A stretch of DNA of 58,800 nt from an uncultured Heliomicrobium sp. (GTDB lineage Bacteria; Acidobacteriota; Blastocatellia; RBC074). Shown piece after piece: positions 27,727 through 36,296 of this stretch (position 1 is its first letter; every line of letters begins with the position of its first letter). A program made the position numbers and the translations under genes. The notes beneath the pieces were generated by a model that was given only the letters and a program-made list of their open reading frames with translations, ran no database searches and was not told the origin of the DNA. The stretch lies in contig CAZXZU010000003.1 in assembly GCA_964645355.1 (NCBI GenBank), forward strand, positions 1 through 58,800, given 5' to 3'.

Positions 27727-29466
27727 ATGAGTTTTTTTCCGCGAGCAATTTGTCTGGCTGTTGCCTGCCTGCTGTTCAATTCCGTCTTTGCCCAAACCGC
27801 CAAAAAGCCGCGTCAGCCGGTAGCGCCTACAAAAGCCGCCATTGCGGCGATGATTCCCAAACTGCGCGCAGCCGTCAAAGCCAAGCCCGATGACCCTCAG
27901 CTTCGCAACACGCTGGGCGCTGTGTTGGCCGACAGCGGGCAGATCAATCCGGCGATCATCGAATTCCGCGAAGCCGTCAAGCTGAAGCCGGACTTCGTCG
28001 AAGCCTGGACGAATCTGGCAGCCGCGCTGGAACAAAAAGGCGAAGTTGCGGCGGCGATTGAGGCTTTTCAGCGAGCGACTCAGTTGAATCCGAAAGACCC
28101 CGGACTGCATGTCAGCTTGGGTTCGCTGCTTCACCGCGCGCAGATGTTGGACGCCGCAGTCGGAGAATTTCGTTACGCGCTGCAACTGAAGCCCGCGCCG
28201 GAGCTTCACGCGAATCTGGGTTTCGTGCTTGGGCAGGCTGGCGATCTGGCCGCTTCGCTGAAAGAATTTGAAGCCGCCATCAAGCTCAAGCCTGATTTTG
28301 CCGAAGCCCATTACTATCTGGGAATTGGCCGAATGCTGACTGAAGATTTTGCCGGAGCCGTTGCCGCATTGCGCGAAGCAGCCAGGCTGACGCCGAAAAA
28401 CCCGGACGCTCAAAACGCGCTTGGTTCGGCGCTGCTTCGCAAAGGCGGACGCGCGGACATTGCCGAAGCAGTCGTCGCGCTTAGAATTGCCGTCAAACTC
28501 CGACCGCAATTGCCGCAGTTTCTGACCACGCTCGGCGCGGCTTTGCGCGAAGACGAACAATTCGACGAATCAATCTCGACATTGCGGCAAGCCATCAAGA
28601 TCAAACCGGACTTGATCGAAGCTCATTCAAATCTGGGGCTGTCTCTGTTGCAGGTGAAAAATTACGACGGAGCAATCGCCGAATTCCGTGAAGCTTTGAA
28701 GCTGGACGATCAAAACCTAAGCTCGCATCTAAACCTGGGTTTGACCTTGATGCAGAAAGGCGACGTGGCCGCCGCCGTCGAGCAATTCCAAAAGCTGATT
28801 GCCATCGCGCCCGAAGCGCCCGAAGCGCATTTCAACCTGGCACTGGCTTACAAACGCAAAGATGATCGCGACAGCGCCGTCGCCGCGCTGCAAAAAGCCA
28901 TTGGCTTTGCGACGGATTTCGCTGACGCTCACTTCACGCTGGGCGAGATTCTTTACCAGCAATCGAAACTGGACGAAGCCGAAACCGCGCTGGTGACGGC
29001 GATCAAACTGCGCGACAACGATGTCGAGTATCACCACGTGCTGGGCAATGTGCTGTTGAAAAAAGGCAAAGTTGATGAAGCCATCGCCGAGCTTCGCGCG
29101 GCAATCAAACTTTCGCCGACCTCGCCCGAACCGCGCAACTCGCTGGGCGCGGCACTCAGACAAAAGGGCGAAACCGATGCCGCTCGCGTTGAATTGCAGG
29201 AAGCCGCGCGTCTGTTGAAACTGAAACAGGAGCAGGATGCAGCCGTGACCATCGTCGCCACAGGCATTCAACGATTGAACGAAAACAAACTGGCCGAAGC
29301 TATCGAACGCTTTGAAGCCGCCATCAAGCTGGCACCGGATTTCGCTCAGGCACATTTGCAATTGAGCATCGCGCTGAAAAAGAAAGGCCAGACGGCTGCG
29401 GCTCAGACGGCCAGGCAAAAAGCAGAGCAACTTGATCCGCGATTGAAAAACACTTCAAAACAATAA
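27727..29466 (+). CDS. TPR-repeat protein, secreted
   Basis: 579 aa with signal MSFFPRAICLAVACLLFNSVFAQ, then about 14 TPR units (e.g. AEAHYYLGIG..., PEAHFNLALAYKRKDD). Confidence 0.85.
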   Translation: MSFFPRAICLAVACLLFNSVFAQTAKKPRQPVAPTKAAIAAMIPKLRAAVKAKPDDPQLRNTLGAVLADSGQINPAIIEFREAVKLKPDFVEAWTNLAAALEQKGEVAAAIEAFQRATQLNPKDPGLHVSLGSLLHRAQMLDAAVGEFRYALQLKPAPELHANLGFVLGQAGDLAASLKEFEAAIKLKPDFAEAHYYLGIGRMLTEDFAGAVAALREAARLTPKNPDAQNALGSALLRKGGRADIAEAVVALRIAVKLRPQLPQFLTTLGAALREDEQFDESISTLRQAIKIKPDLIEAHSNLGLSLLQVKNYDGAIAEFREALKLDDQNLSSHLNLGLTLMQKGDVAAAVEQFQKLIAIAPEAPEAHFNLALAYKRKDDRDSAVAALQKAIGFATDFADAHFTLGEILYQQSKLDEAETALVTAIKLRDNDVEYHHVLGNVLLKKGKVDEAIAELRAAIKLSPTSPEPRNSLGAALRQKGETDAARVELQEAARLLKLKQEQDAAVTIVATGIQRLNENKLAEAIERFEAAIKLAPDFAQAHLQLSIALKKKGQTAAAQTARQKAEQLDPRLKNTSKQ

Positions 29467-29799
29467 TTCCGTCCCTGAAAATTTTCCTGAAACGTAATCC
29501 TCAGTCGCGCCTTTCGCTTCGGGATATAGGCACCACCGGATGTTGTGCCTGCAATTATTCGATCTTTCGTATTAGCGGAAAAGCTATTGCCAGTTAATTC
29601 CAACTGCATTATCTTCCCGCCGCCTTAAACCGTCCCCTCACTTTTGTTCTAACAAAGTGCAATCGTTTTCGTTCTTCCGGCCAGCCTTGCGGTCAAAGGC
29701 TGACCGAACAAATCAGTCGTCATTCGCATCCCTCAAAAAAAACGACGACCTGGAAACGTGCAAGCCCCACGCTTGCCTAAATCAGGAGGAAACCTGGAT

Positions 29800-32700
29800 A
29801 TGAAACGTTTGATGATGTTTTTGACCGTTCTGGTCTGCGCTGTTCTTCTCGCTTCAGTAACCGTCTTTGTTCAGGAGCAGTTGCGGCCACAACTTGGCGA
29901 CCGCGACGAAGCTCCTCAAAGAACCATTGATCCCGACAATCTGCCGACAACCTTCCTGAACCAAAATCGCTTTCACAAACTGATTATCAACAACGACGAC
30001 CAGGCCGTTTACGACGAACTGGCCGGACGCGGAGCCATCCGTGAAGAGTTCAATTACGGTTCGTTCCGGTTGGTCATCGTGGATCAGGAAGCCATTGGCG
30101 GTCGTGCGGCAATGCAAGCTCTGGCCGTGGCCGCGCGCGACGAACAGAATTTGATCGTGCTGAATGGTTACGTGCTGGACACTTCAAACGCCGAACCGCT
30201 CGGCAAACAACCGCCAGCCGATTTGCGCCAGACGCAGATGGCAGTTGCACGCAAAAATTTTTCGCGTCCGGGCAGCGGGCTTTATATCGTCCAGTTCATC
30301 GGGCCGATTCAGGACGAATGGCTGAGTTCGCTGAACCGAACCGGCGCTGATGTCGTCAGCTACGTTCCCAACAACGCTTACGTGGTTCGCGCCGACAGCG
30401 ACGCGGCGATGCGTTTGATTCAGATGAAAGACGAGTTGTCGTTTGTGCAATGGGTTGGTGATTACGAACCGGCATTCCGCATCAGGCAATCGCTGGTGGC
30501 CGCGCGCGAACTCGACGCCGACCAGTTCGTCAACGTCACTGTTCAATTCATCGAAAGCGCGGACACACGCCGACAGGTCAACGATTTGAAACGCTCCGCT
30601 CGGCGCTTCATCGCTGAAGCTCAGGTGCTGAATTACCGCAACGTAACGATGAATCTGCCGATGTCCGAAGTGATGGAACTGGCCGGACAGGACAACGTCT
30701 TTGCGATTGAACCGGCGGGACAACGTCGCCGTTTTGACGAAGCTCAAGGACAGATCAGCGCAGGTAATCTGACCGGCAATGCTCCCAGCGCGCCGGGTTA
30801 TCTGGCCTGGTTGGGAACGAAAGGCTTCACCAGTTCGCAATTCACTGGCTTTGCCGTCAACGTGGTTGACGACGCTTACACACTGACAGGTCACCCCGAT
30901 CTGGCCAGCGGTCGCGTCGCGTTTCAAAACAATCCTACTAGCCAGACCGGCGCTCAAGGCGGTCACGGATTCCTGAATTCGCACATCATCGGCGGATTGA
31001 ACACCGGAACCGGCTCAGCCAACGAAGACTCGCTCGGTTACAACTACGGTCTGGGAATCGCTCCCTGGGCGCGCGTAGGCGTGACGGCGATTTTCGGCAC
31101 AGGCTCTTCAACTCCGGCTGCGTGGGAAAGCACGGCTTACGGCAGCGGCGCTCGTATCTCTTCGAATTCCTGGGGCTTCCAGACTCAGACCGGCGGGCCG
31201 ATTGCGGATTACGACAGCAATTCGCAGGCTTACGATTCAATCGTGCGCGACGCCCAAACCGGAACTGCCGGGCATCAACAACTGACGGTGGTTTTTGCCG
31301 CCGGCAATGACGGTTCCGGCTCGAACACGGTCAGCACTCCCGGCACAGCCAAAAACATCATCACCGTCGGCGCGGGCGAAAACGTTCGCCAGACCGGCAC
31401 GGACGGTTGCGGCATTGCCAACACCGGAGCCGACAGCGCCAACGACATCATCAGTTTTTCCAGCCGAGGCCCTGTCAATTCGGCGGGCGGCGATGGCCGA
31501 GTCAAACCAGACATCATCGCTCCCGGCACGCACATTCAAGCCGGAATTCCTCAATCGAATTACGACGGCAGCAGCGTCTGCAACCAGTATTGGCCAAGCG
31601 GTCAAACGCTGTACGGCTGGTCGTCCGGCACGTCGCATTCCTGCCCGGCGGTGGCCGGCGGAGCAACGTTGGTTTACCAGGACTTCCTCAACAAAGGTTT
31701 AAGCGCGCCTTCACCGGCGATGGTCAAAGCGTCGTTGATGAACTCTGCGGCTTACATGTCGGGAACCGGCGCAGGCGGTAATCTGCCCTCGAACAACCAG
31801 GGCATGGGCAGAATGGATTTAGGCCGAGCGTTCGACACAGGTGCGCGTGTTCGCGTTGACCAAACTCAAGTGCTTGGTGCAACCGGCGCAACGCACCAGA
31901 TCACAGGTTCAATCGTTGACACGACCAAACCCTTCCGCGTGAGTTTGGCCTGGACTGATGCTCCCGGCCCAACGACTGGCGCTCCGTGGGTCAACAACCT
32001 CGATCTGGAAGTTACTGTCGGCGGCGTGACTTACAAAGGCAACGTCTTCACCGGCGCGAACTCGTCCAGCGGCGGAACCGCCGACGCCAAAAACAACGTC
32101 GAGTCGGTTTTCCTGCCTGCCGGAACTTCGGGCAATTACACCGTCACGGTCAGAGCGACCAACATTGCGGGCGATGGCGTTCCGGGCAATGCCGACACCA
32201 CGGATCAGGACTTCGCGCTGGTGGTTTACAACGCCAACGGCAGCACTTCGACTACGCCGACCATCGGCGTCAGCCCGACCAGCCTGAGCTTCACGGCGAC
32301 AGTCGGCGGCAGCAATCCCGCCAATCAAACCGTCAGCATCACCAACACCGGCGGCGGCACGTTGAATTGGTCGCAGACCGACAACGCTTCGTGGTTGACG
32401 GTCACTCCGGCATCGGGAACCGCGCCTTCGACGTTGACGACTTCTGTCAGCATCAGCGGACTGGCTGCCGGAACTTACAACGGCACAATCACTGTCACGG
32501 CAACTGGCGCGACCAATACGCCGCTTTCGATTCCTGTGACTTTGACCGTGACCAACCCGGTTTCTCAGTTGATCGTCAACGGCGGATTTGAAACCAACTC
32601 GACTCCGTGGGTTTTGAGCGGAGCAACAAGACGAACTGACGGCAATGCCCGAACCGGAACCGGTTATCTTAGAGAAGGCGCGGCGAACAGCGTTTCGCAC

Positions 32701-33021
32701 ACCGCTTATCAAACGATCACCATTCCAACGGGAACAACGCCAGGTTTGAGTTTTTACCTGAACGTCACGTCCAGCGAAACGACGACAGTAACGCAGTATG
32801 ATCGGCTGTTCATCGAAGTCCGCAACACGTCTGGAACATTGCTGACTACGCTGGCGACTTTCAGCAACTTGAACAAGGTGACGGCGACCAACGCTTACAC
32901 GCTGCGCGGAACTTACGGCCTGTCGGCTTACGCCGGTCAAACCGTGCGAATTCAATTCCGAGCAACGACTGACAGTTCGTTAATCACATCTTTCAGGATT
33001 GACGACGTGTCAGTGCAGTAA
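29800..33021 (+). CDS. S8-family (subtilisin-like) serine peptidase with C-terminal Ig-like/BACON-like and jelly-roll domains
   Basis: AGGAGG lies 11 nt upstream of ATG 29800 and the signal is MKRLMMFLTVLVCAVLLASV. Catalytic residues: Asp region VNVVDDAY, His region GGHGFLNSHIIGG, Ser region WSSGTSHSCPAVAGGATL. An Ig-like segment follows: ISVSPTSLSFTATVGGSNPANQTVSITNTGGGTLNW. Confidence 0.85.
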   Translation: MKRLMMFLTVLVCAVLLASVTVFVQEQLRPQLGDRDEAPQRTIDPDNLPTTFLNQNRFHKLIINNDDQAVYDELAGRGAIREEFNYGSFRLVIVDQEAIGGRAAMQALAVAARDEQNLIVLNGYVLDTSNAEPLGKQPPADLRQTQMAVARKNFSRPGSGLYIVQFIGPIQDEWLSSLNRTGADVVSYVPNNAYVVRADSDAAMRLIQMKDELSFVQWVGDYEPAFRIRQSLVAARELDADQFVNVTVQFIESADTRRQVNDLKRSARRFIAEAQVLNYRNVTMNLPMSEVMELAGQDNVFAIEPAGQRRRFDEAQGQISAGNLTGNAPSAPGYLAWLGTKGFTSSQFTGFAVNVVDDAYTLTGHPDLASGRVAFQNNPTSQTGAQGGHGFLNSHIIGGLNTGTGSANEDSLGYNYGLGIAPWARVGVTAIFGTGSSTPAAWESTAYGSGARISSNSWGFQTQTGGPIADYDSNSQAYDSIVRDAQTGTAGHQQLTVVFAAGNDGSGSNTVSTPGTAKNIITVGAGENVRQTGTDGCGIANTGADSANDIISFSSRGPVNSAGGDGRVKPDIIAPGTHIQAGIPQSNYDGSSVCNQYWPSGQTLYGWSSGTSHSCPAVAGGATLVYQDFLNKGLSAPSPAMVKASLMNSAAYMSGTGAGGNLPSNNQGMGRMDLGRAFDTGARVRVDQTQVLGATGATHQITGSIVDTTKPFRVSLAWTDAPGPTTGAPWVNNLDLEVTVGGVTYKGNVFTGANSSSGGTADAKNNVESVFLPAGTSGNYTVTVRATNIAGDGVPGNADTTDQDFALVVYNANGSTSTTPTIGVSPTSLSFTATVGGSNPANQTVSITNTGGGTLNWSQTDNASWLTVTPASGTAPSTLTTSVSISGLAAGTYNGTITVTATGATNTPLSIPVTLTVTNPVSQLIVNGGFETNSTPWVLSGATRRTDGNARTGTGYLREGAANSVSHTAYQTITIPTGTTPGLSFYLNVTSSETTTVTQYDRLFIEVRNTSGTLLTTLATFSNLNKVTATNAYTLRGTYGLSAYAGQTVRIQFRATTDSSLITSFRIDDVSVQ

Positions 33022-33033
33022 GCTCGCCAAACG

Positions 33034-33080
33034 CAAAAGGCAAAGCGCGAATGTTCAAACATCCGCGCTCAGCCTTTTTA
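33034..33080 (+). terminator. probable terminator after the S8 peptidase gene
   Basis: AAAAGGC..GCGCGAATG-loop-CATCCGCGC..GCCTTTTT is an extended stem with one mismatch, followed by a T-run. Confidence 0.45.
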
Positions 33081-33218
33081 CAAAAACTTCTTTCAACCGG
33101 CGATACCCGATGCCGACCTTTCCCGCTTAACTGTTTGAGGTCGCATTTTGAACCGGTTCAAGGCAAGACCGGTGCTCCGACTGGCCAGTCTTTCTCCTGA
33201 GTCTGGCCAGTGAAACAG

Positions 33219-33300
33219 ACGGCGTCGCAAGCGGCGAAATCGCTTTGCCATCGGCAGTGGCAAACGCGATCAAGCCAGTAGCGACGCCGTATTTTTTATT
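33219..33300 (+). other. long structured hairpin plus U-tract (orphan terminator or small RNA candidate)
   Basis: ACGGCGTCGC (33219-33228) pairs with GCGACGCCGT (33281-33290), followed by ATTTTTTATT. The 52-nt interior has sub-hairpins (GGCGAAATCGC, TTGCC..GGCAA). Confidence 0.35.
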
Positions 33301-33357
33301 CCCGCCTAAATTTCTCTCCGCTGTCTTTCACACAACATCAACAGCACCTACGCTCGT

Positions 33358-33428
33358 GTCGGTAGCCCGCGCGTGAGCAAGGGCTTTTTCACTAAACCCG
33401 GTACCTTCCTTACGGTCGGGCTACTGAC
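33358..33428. repeat. family-A palindromic element, divergent copy with compensatory arm changes
   Basis: GTCGGTAGCCCGCGCGTGAGCAAGGG ... CCGGTACCTTCCTTACGGTCGGGCTACTGAC. GTAGCCCG pairs with CGGGCTAC here, replacing the GTACCGCG/CGCGGTAC pair of the other copies. Confidence 0.7.
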
Positions 33429-33624
33429 ACTGCTGCATTGATCCAAAAAATTCATTGGCAGTGATACCCGTCCTCACGCTTTCACGCTCTTGCGAGTGAG
33501 GCCGGAAAGCGTTGCCCGATGGCGGATGAAGTTCAACAGAAATTTCACCGCTGCCATCAACCTTCAGCCTAAAGAACACCGCCCGCGCGGTGAAACCCAA
33601 AACAATATAAACGGAGAAAATGTC

Positions 33625-35745
33625 ATGAAAGCCAATTACAAAACTCAGCCCAGCAATGCGTGGGAAAAACTGTTTCAAAACTTCAGACGCATCGGATTCG
33701 CAGCGGCAATCCTGATGATTACTGCATTCGCCGCCGGCACATCGCGTGCTGCGGATTATTACCCGGCCACGTCAGCCGATTTGATCCTGGCCATTCAACA
33801 AGCCGATAACACCAGCGTGCCCGATGTCATTCATCTATCAACTTATGGCGTTTACAAACTGACTGCCGCCAATAACGGCGAAAACGGTTTTCCGAAAATC
33901 ACCACCAAGATTCGTATCGTCGGCAACGGCGCTGTCATAGAACGTGACGCCGGCGCTCCGAATTTCCGCTTCTTCGAACTTTATTACACCGGCAATCTGA
34001 CGCTGGAAAATCTGACCTTGCGCGGAGGCAAGACAGCAGGCGGGGGCGGAGCCGCGATCTTCAATGTGGCATCCGAACTGACGCTGCTCAATTCCGTGTT
34101 TGAAAAAAATCTGGTTGACGGCAACTACGTCAACGCCTGTGGTGGCGCGGTTTACAACCATCAAGGCAAAGTCACGATTGACGGCTGCACCTTTCGCAAC
34201 AACACGGCTCCCGGCGGCGGCGGTTTCGCCAGCGACGGCAGTTCAGCCTATCCGCCGGCTTCAACACAAGTGGCGAATGTCACGATTACCAACAGTTCAT
34301 TTGTCTATAACTCGGCAACAATCGCTTATAACAATGCAGGCGGAATGGGCGGCGGATTCATGCTTCGTGGAGCGCATAAGGTAGACGTTACCAATGTCAC
34401 CGTTGCATACAACAAATCAGCCTATATGGGAGGCGGCATCCTGTTGCATACGCTGCAACATAAAGACGATCTTCTGAACCCGCTGCATGCCAAATTCACC
34501 AACCTGACAATTGCCTGGAACCGCGCAACCAGCATGGGAGGCGGCATTTACTGGACAGCTTGCGGCCCATCCTGCCCCATAGTCCTGGAACCCGAAGTCG
34601 CCAATACCGTGATCGCCAACAACATTGCTCCGTCGTACAAAAATTACGACACCAACCACGGCTTCAATTCCAAAGGCCACAATGTGCTTGGCCCTGGCAT
34701 TGGTTCCTTCCTGTTCGGAACCGCGACTTACAACATCAGCGGCACCCTGACCGGATTCGCGCTTGACCCGACCGACAAATTCATCAGCGGCTCACTTTCC
34801 CAACTCAACGGGCTGAGCAGCACCGGCGACGCAGGCGGCGAATCGCTGCGTCCGATGGCACCAGTCAGCACGTCGCTGTTGATTGATAAGGCTGATCCGA
34901 ATTTTTGCCCGGCTAAGGATCAACTCGGTTTTGATCGAGTCGGAACTTGCGACATCGGCGCAATCGAATACCGCGATTGCACGGCTCCGCCAGCCGATAT
35001 GACTGCGTGGTGGCCGTTTGACGAATACTACTTCCTGGAAGATTTCACGACCTGGAGCTTCCTGAATCACGCAAACCCGAACCCGAATGGCCCGTTGCAA
35101 GTGGCGGGTATGGTCGGCAGCGCCGCAAAGTTCACCAATGCCAGCCACGTGCTGGAAGTGCCGAGTCAGGCGGACATCAACCTTTACAACTCTTGCGCGG
35201 TTGACGGTGGAGCGGCATTTTCAATTGACGCCTGGGTGAAGACATCCGCCAGCGGTTTGCAGGTGATTTTGGATAAGCGCCAATCCAACAGTAGCGGTAT
35301 CCAAGGCTATCACCTGTTTATTTACAACGGCAGACTTGGCTTCCAACTGGCGGCGTACGGCGCACCTCACGCCAATTACTTTTCGCCTGTGCCCACGCTT
35401 TCGAACCAGATACCTGATTTGAGCGACAACAAATGGCACTTCGTCGCCATTACAGTTTATGTTCGCTGCCAAAGAAATGGGTCAGCCTTCGAAGGCAAAA
35501 TGTACATTGACGGAAATGAAGTTCAGACATTCCAGCCTGGCGGACAGGATTATTCCAACAACGCGCCATTGCGAATCGGCGGACATTCCTTCAGCCCATG
35601 GGCCTTCTTCAACGGCAGCCTGGATGAGATCGAAATCTTCCAGCGCACGTTGAGTAAGCCTGAGATCGAAGCTCTCTACAACGCGGGCTGGGCAGGCAAA
35701 TGCGGCAAGAAAGACCCGCCATCCTGCTTGCCTGAATGCAAATAA
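33625..35745 (+). CDS. secreted right-handed beta-helix protein with C-terminal LamG/concanavalin-like domain
   Basis: GGAG is upstream of ATG 33625, with an N-terminal TM/signal segment (IGFAAAILMITAFAAGTSRA). Repetitive GGG(A/F)xxN beta-helix rungs are present. The C-terminus FSIDAWVK...DNKWHFVAITV...MYIDGNEV...FNGSLDEIEIFQRTLS is Laminin_G_3-like. Confidence 0.7.
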   Translation: MKANYKTQPSNAWEKLFQNFRRIGFAAAILMITAFAAGTSRAADYYPATSADLILAIQQADNTSVPDVIHLSTYGVYKLTAANNGENGFPKITTKIRIVGNGAVIERDAGAPNFRFFELYYTGNLTLENLTLRGGKTAGGGGAAIFNVASELTLLNSVFEKNLVDGNYVNACGGAVYNHQGKVTIDGCTFRNNTAPGGGGFASDGSSAYPPASTQVANVTITNSSFVYNSATIAYNNAGGMGGGFMLRGAHKVDVTNVTVAYNKSAYMGGGILLHTLQHKDDLLNPLHAKFTNLTIAWNRATSMGGGIYWTACGPSCPIVLEPEVANTVIANNIAPSYKNYDTNHGFNSKGHNVLGPGIGSFLFGTATYNISGTLTGFALDPTDKFISGSLSQLNGLSSTGDAGGESLRPMAPVSTSLLIDKADPNFCPAKDQLGFDRVGTCDIGAIEYRDCTAPPADMTAWWPFDEYYFLEDFTTWSFLNHANPNPNGPLQVAGMVGSAAKFTNASHVLEVPSQADINLYNSCAVDGGAAFSIDAWVKTSASGLQVILDKRQSNSSGIQGYHLFIYNGRLGFQLAAYGAPHANYFSPVPTLSNQIPDLSDNKWHFVAITVYVRCQRNGSAFEGKMYIDGNEVQTFQPGGQDYSNNAPLRIGGHSFSPWAFFNGSLDEIEIFQRTLSKPEIEALYNAGWAGKCGKKDPPSCLPECK

Positions 35746-35769
35746 ACCACGGCGATAAACAGACAACCA

Positions 35770-35818
35770 AAACGGCGCAATAGAGTGAGAGCCCCTCGAA
35801 TGCGCCGTTTCCTTTTTG
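35770..35818. terminator. hairpin terminator between convergent genes
   Basis: AAACGGCGCA (35770-35779) pairs with TGCGCCGTTT (35801-35810), followed by CCTTTTTG. Confidence 0.55.
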
Positions 35819-35830
35819 ACTTCTTCACTA

Positions 35831-36091
35831 TCAGCCGCCGCTCAGCGCCTGCAGGATGTGAACCTCATCCGCGGACTTCAAAGCCACGTTCAGCCCGAAA
35901 ACCTGTTCGCCATTGACGAAGATTTTCATGTGCGGACGAATGGCATCCTGTTCATCAATCATCCGAAATCGAATGCCGGGAAAGCTGCGGTTCAAATCTT
36001 CCAGCACGTCAGCGACCGTAGCTCCGGCGGCATCAACTTCTTTTTGCTGCCCGGTGTACGAAAGCAGCGGACTGGGAATAATCACTTTCAT
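35831..36091 (-). CDS. MoaD/ThiS-family ubiquitin-like small protein ending in Gly-Gly
   Basis: MKVIIPSPLLSYTGQQKEVDAAGATVADVLEDLN...MKIFVNGEQV...ADEVHILQALSGG* shows a beta-grasp pattern with a C-terminal GG. The ORF-track start at 36124 runs into a repeat element, so ATG 36091 is preferred. Confidence 0.7.
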   Translation of the reverse strand: MKVIIPSPLLSYTGQQKEVDAAGATVADVLEDLNRSFPGIRFRMIDEQDAIRPHMKIFVNGEQVFGLNVALKSADEVHILQALSGG

Positions 36092-36109
36092 AGCAAACTC
36101 CAAAAACAT

Positions 36110-36287
36110 CTTCCACGAAGTCACACGAAGCAGGCACGAAGAGAAGAAAATCTTTGGACAGGATTGACAGGATTCAACAAGATGAAGATTTCAAACTGAG
36201 TTCAGATCAATCCTGTTCAATCTTGTAAATCCTGTCTACATTCTTCTTTGTCTTTCTTCGTGTTCCCTTCGTGTGACTTCGTGGAAG
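36110..36287. repeat. composite nested palindrome (outer CACGAAG units, inner GACAGGATT units)
   Basis: CTTCCACGAAGTCACACGAAG (36110-36130) is the perfect reverse complement of 36267-36287. Inside, GGACAGGATTGACAGGATT pairs with AATCCTGTTCAATCTTGTAAATCCTGTC. The inner units match those of the element at 57998-58094. Confidence 0.8.
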
Positions 36288-36296
36288 AAAACATCC

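Noticed and set aside
33421-33678. 85-aa minus-strand ORF upstream of the beta-helix gene
   Set aside because: It overlaps the family-A repeat and the 5' end of the beta-helix gene in antisense, and has no motif or SD sequence.
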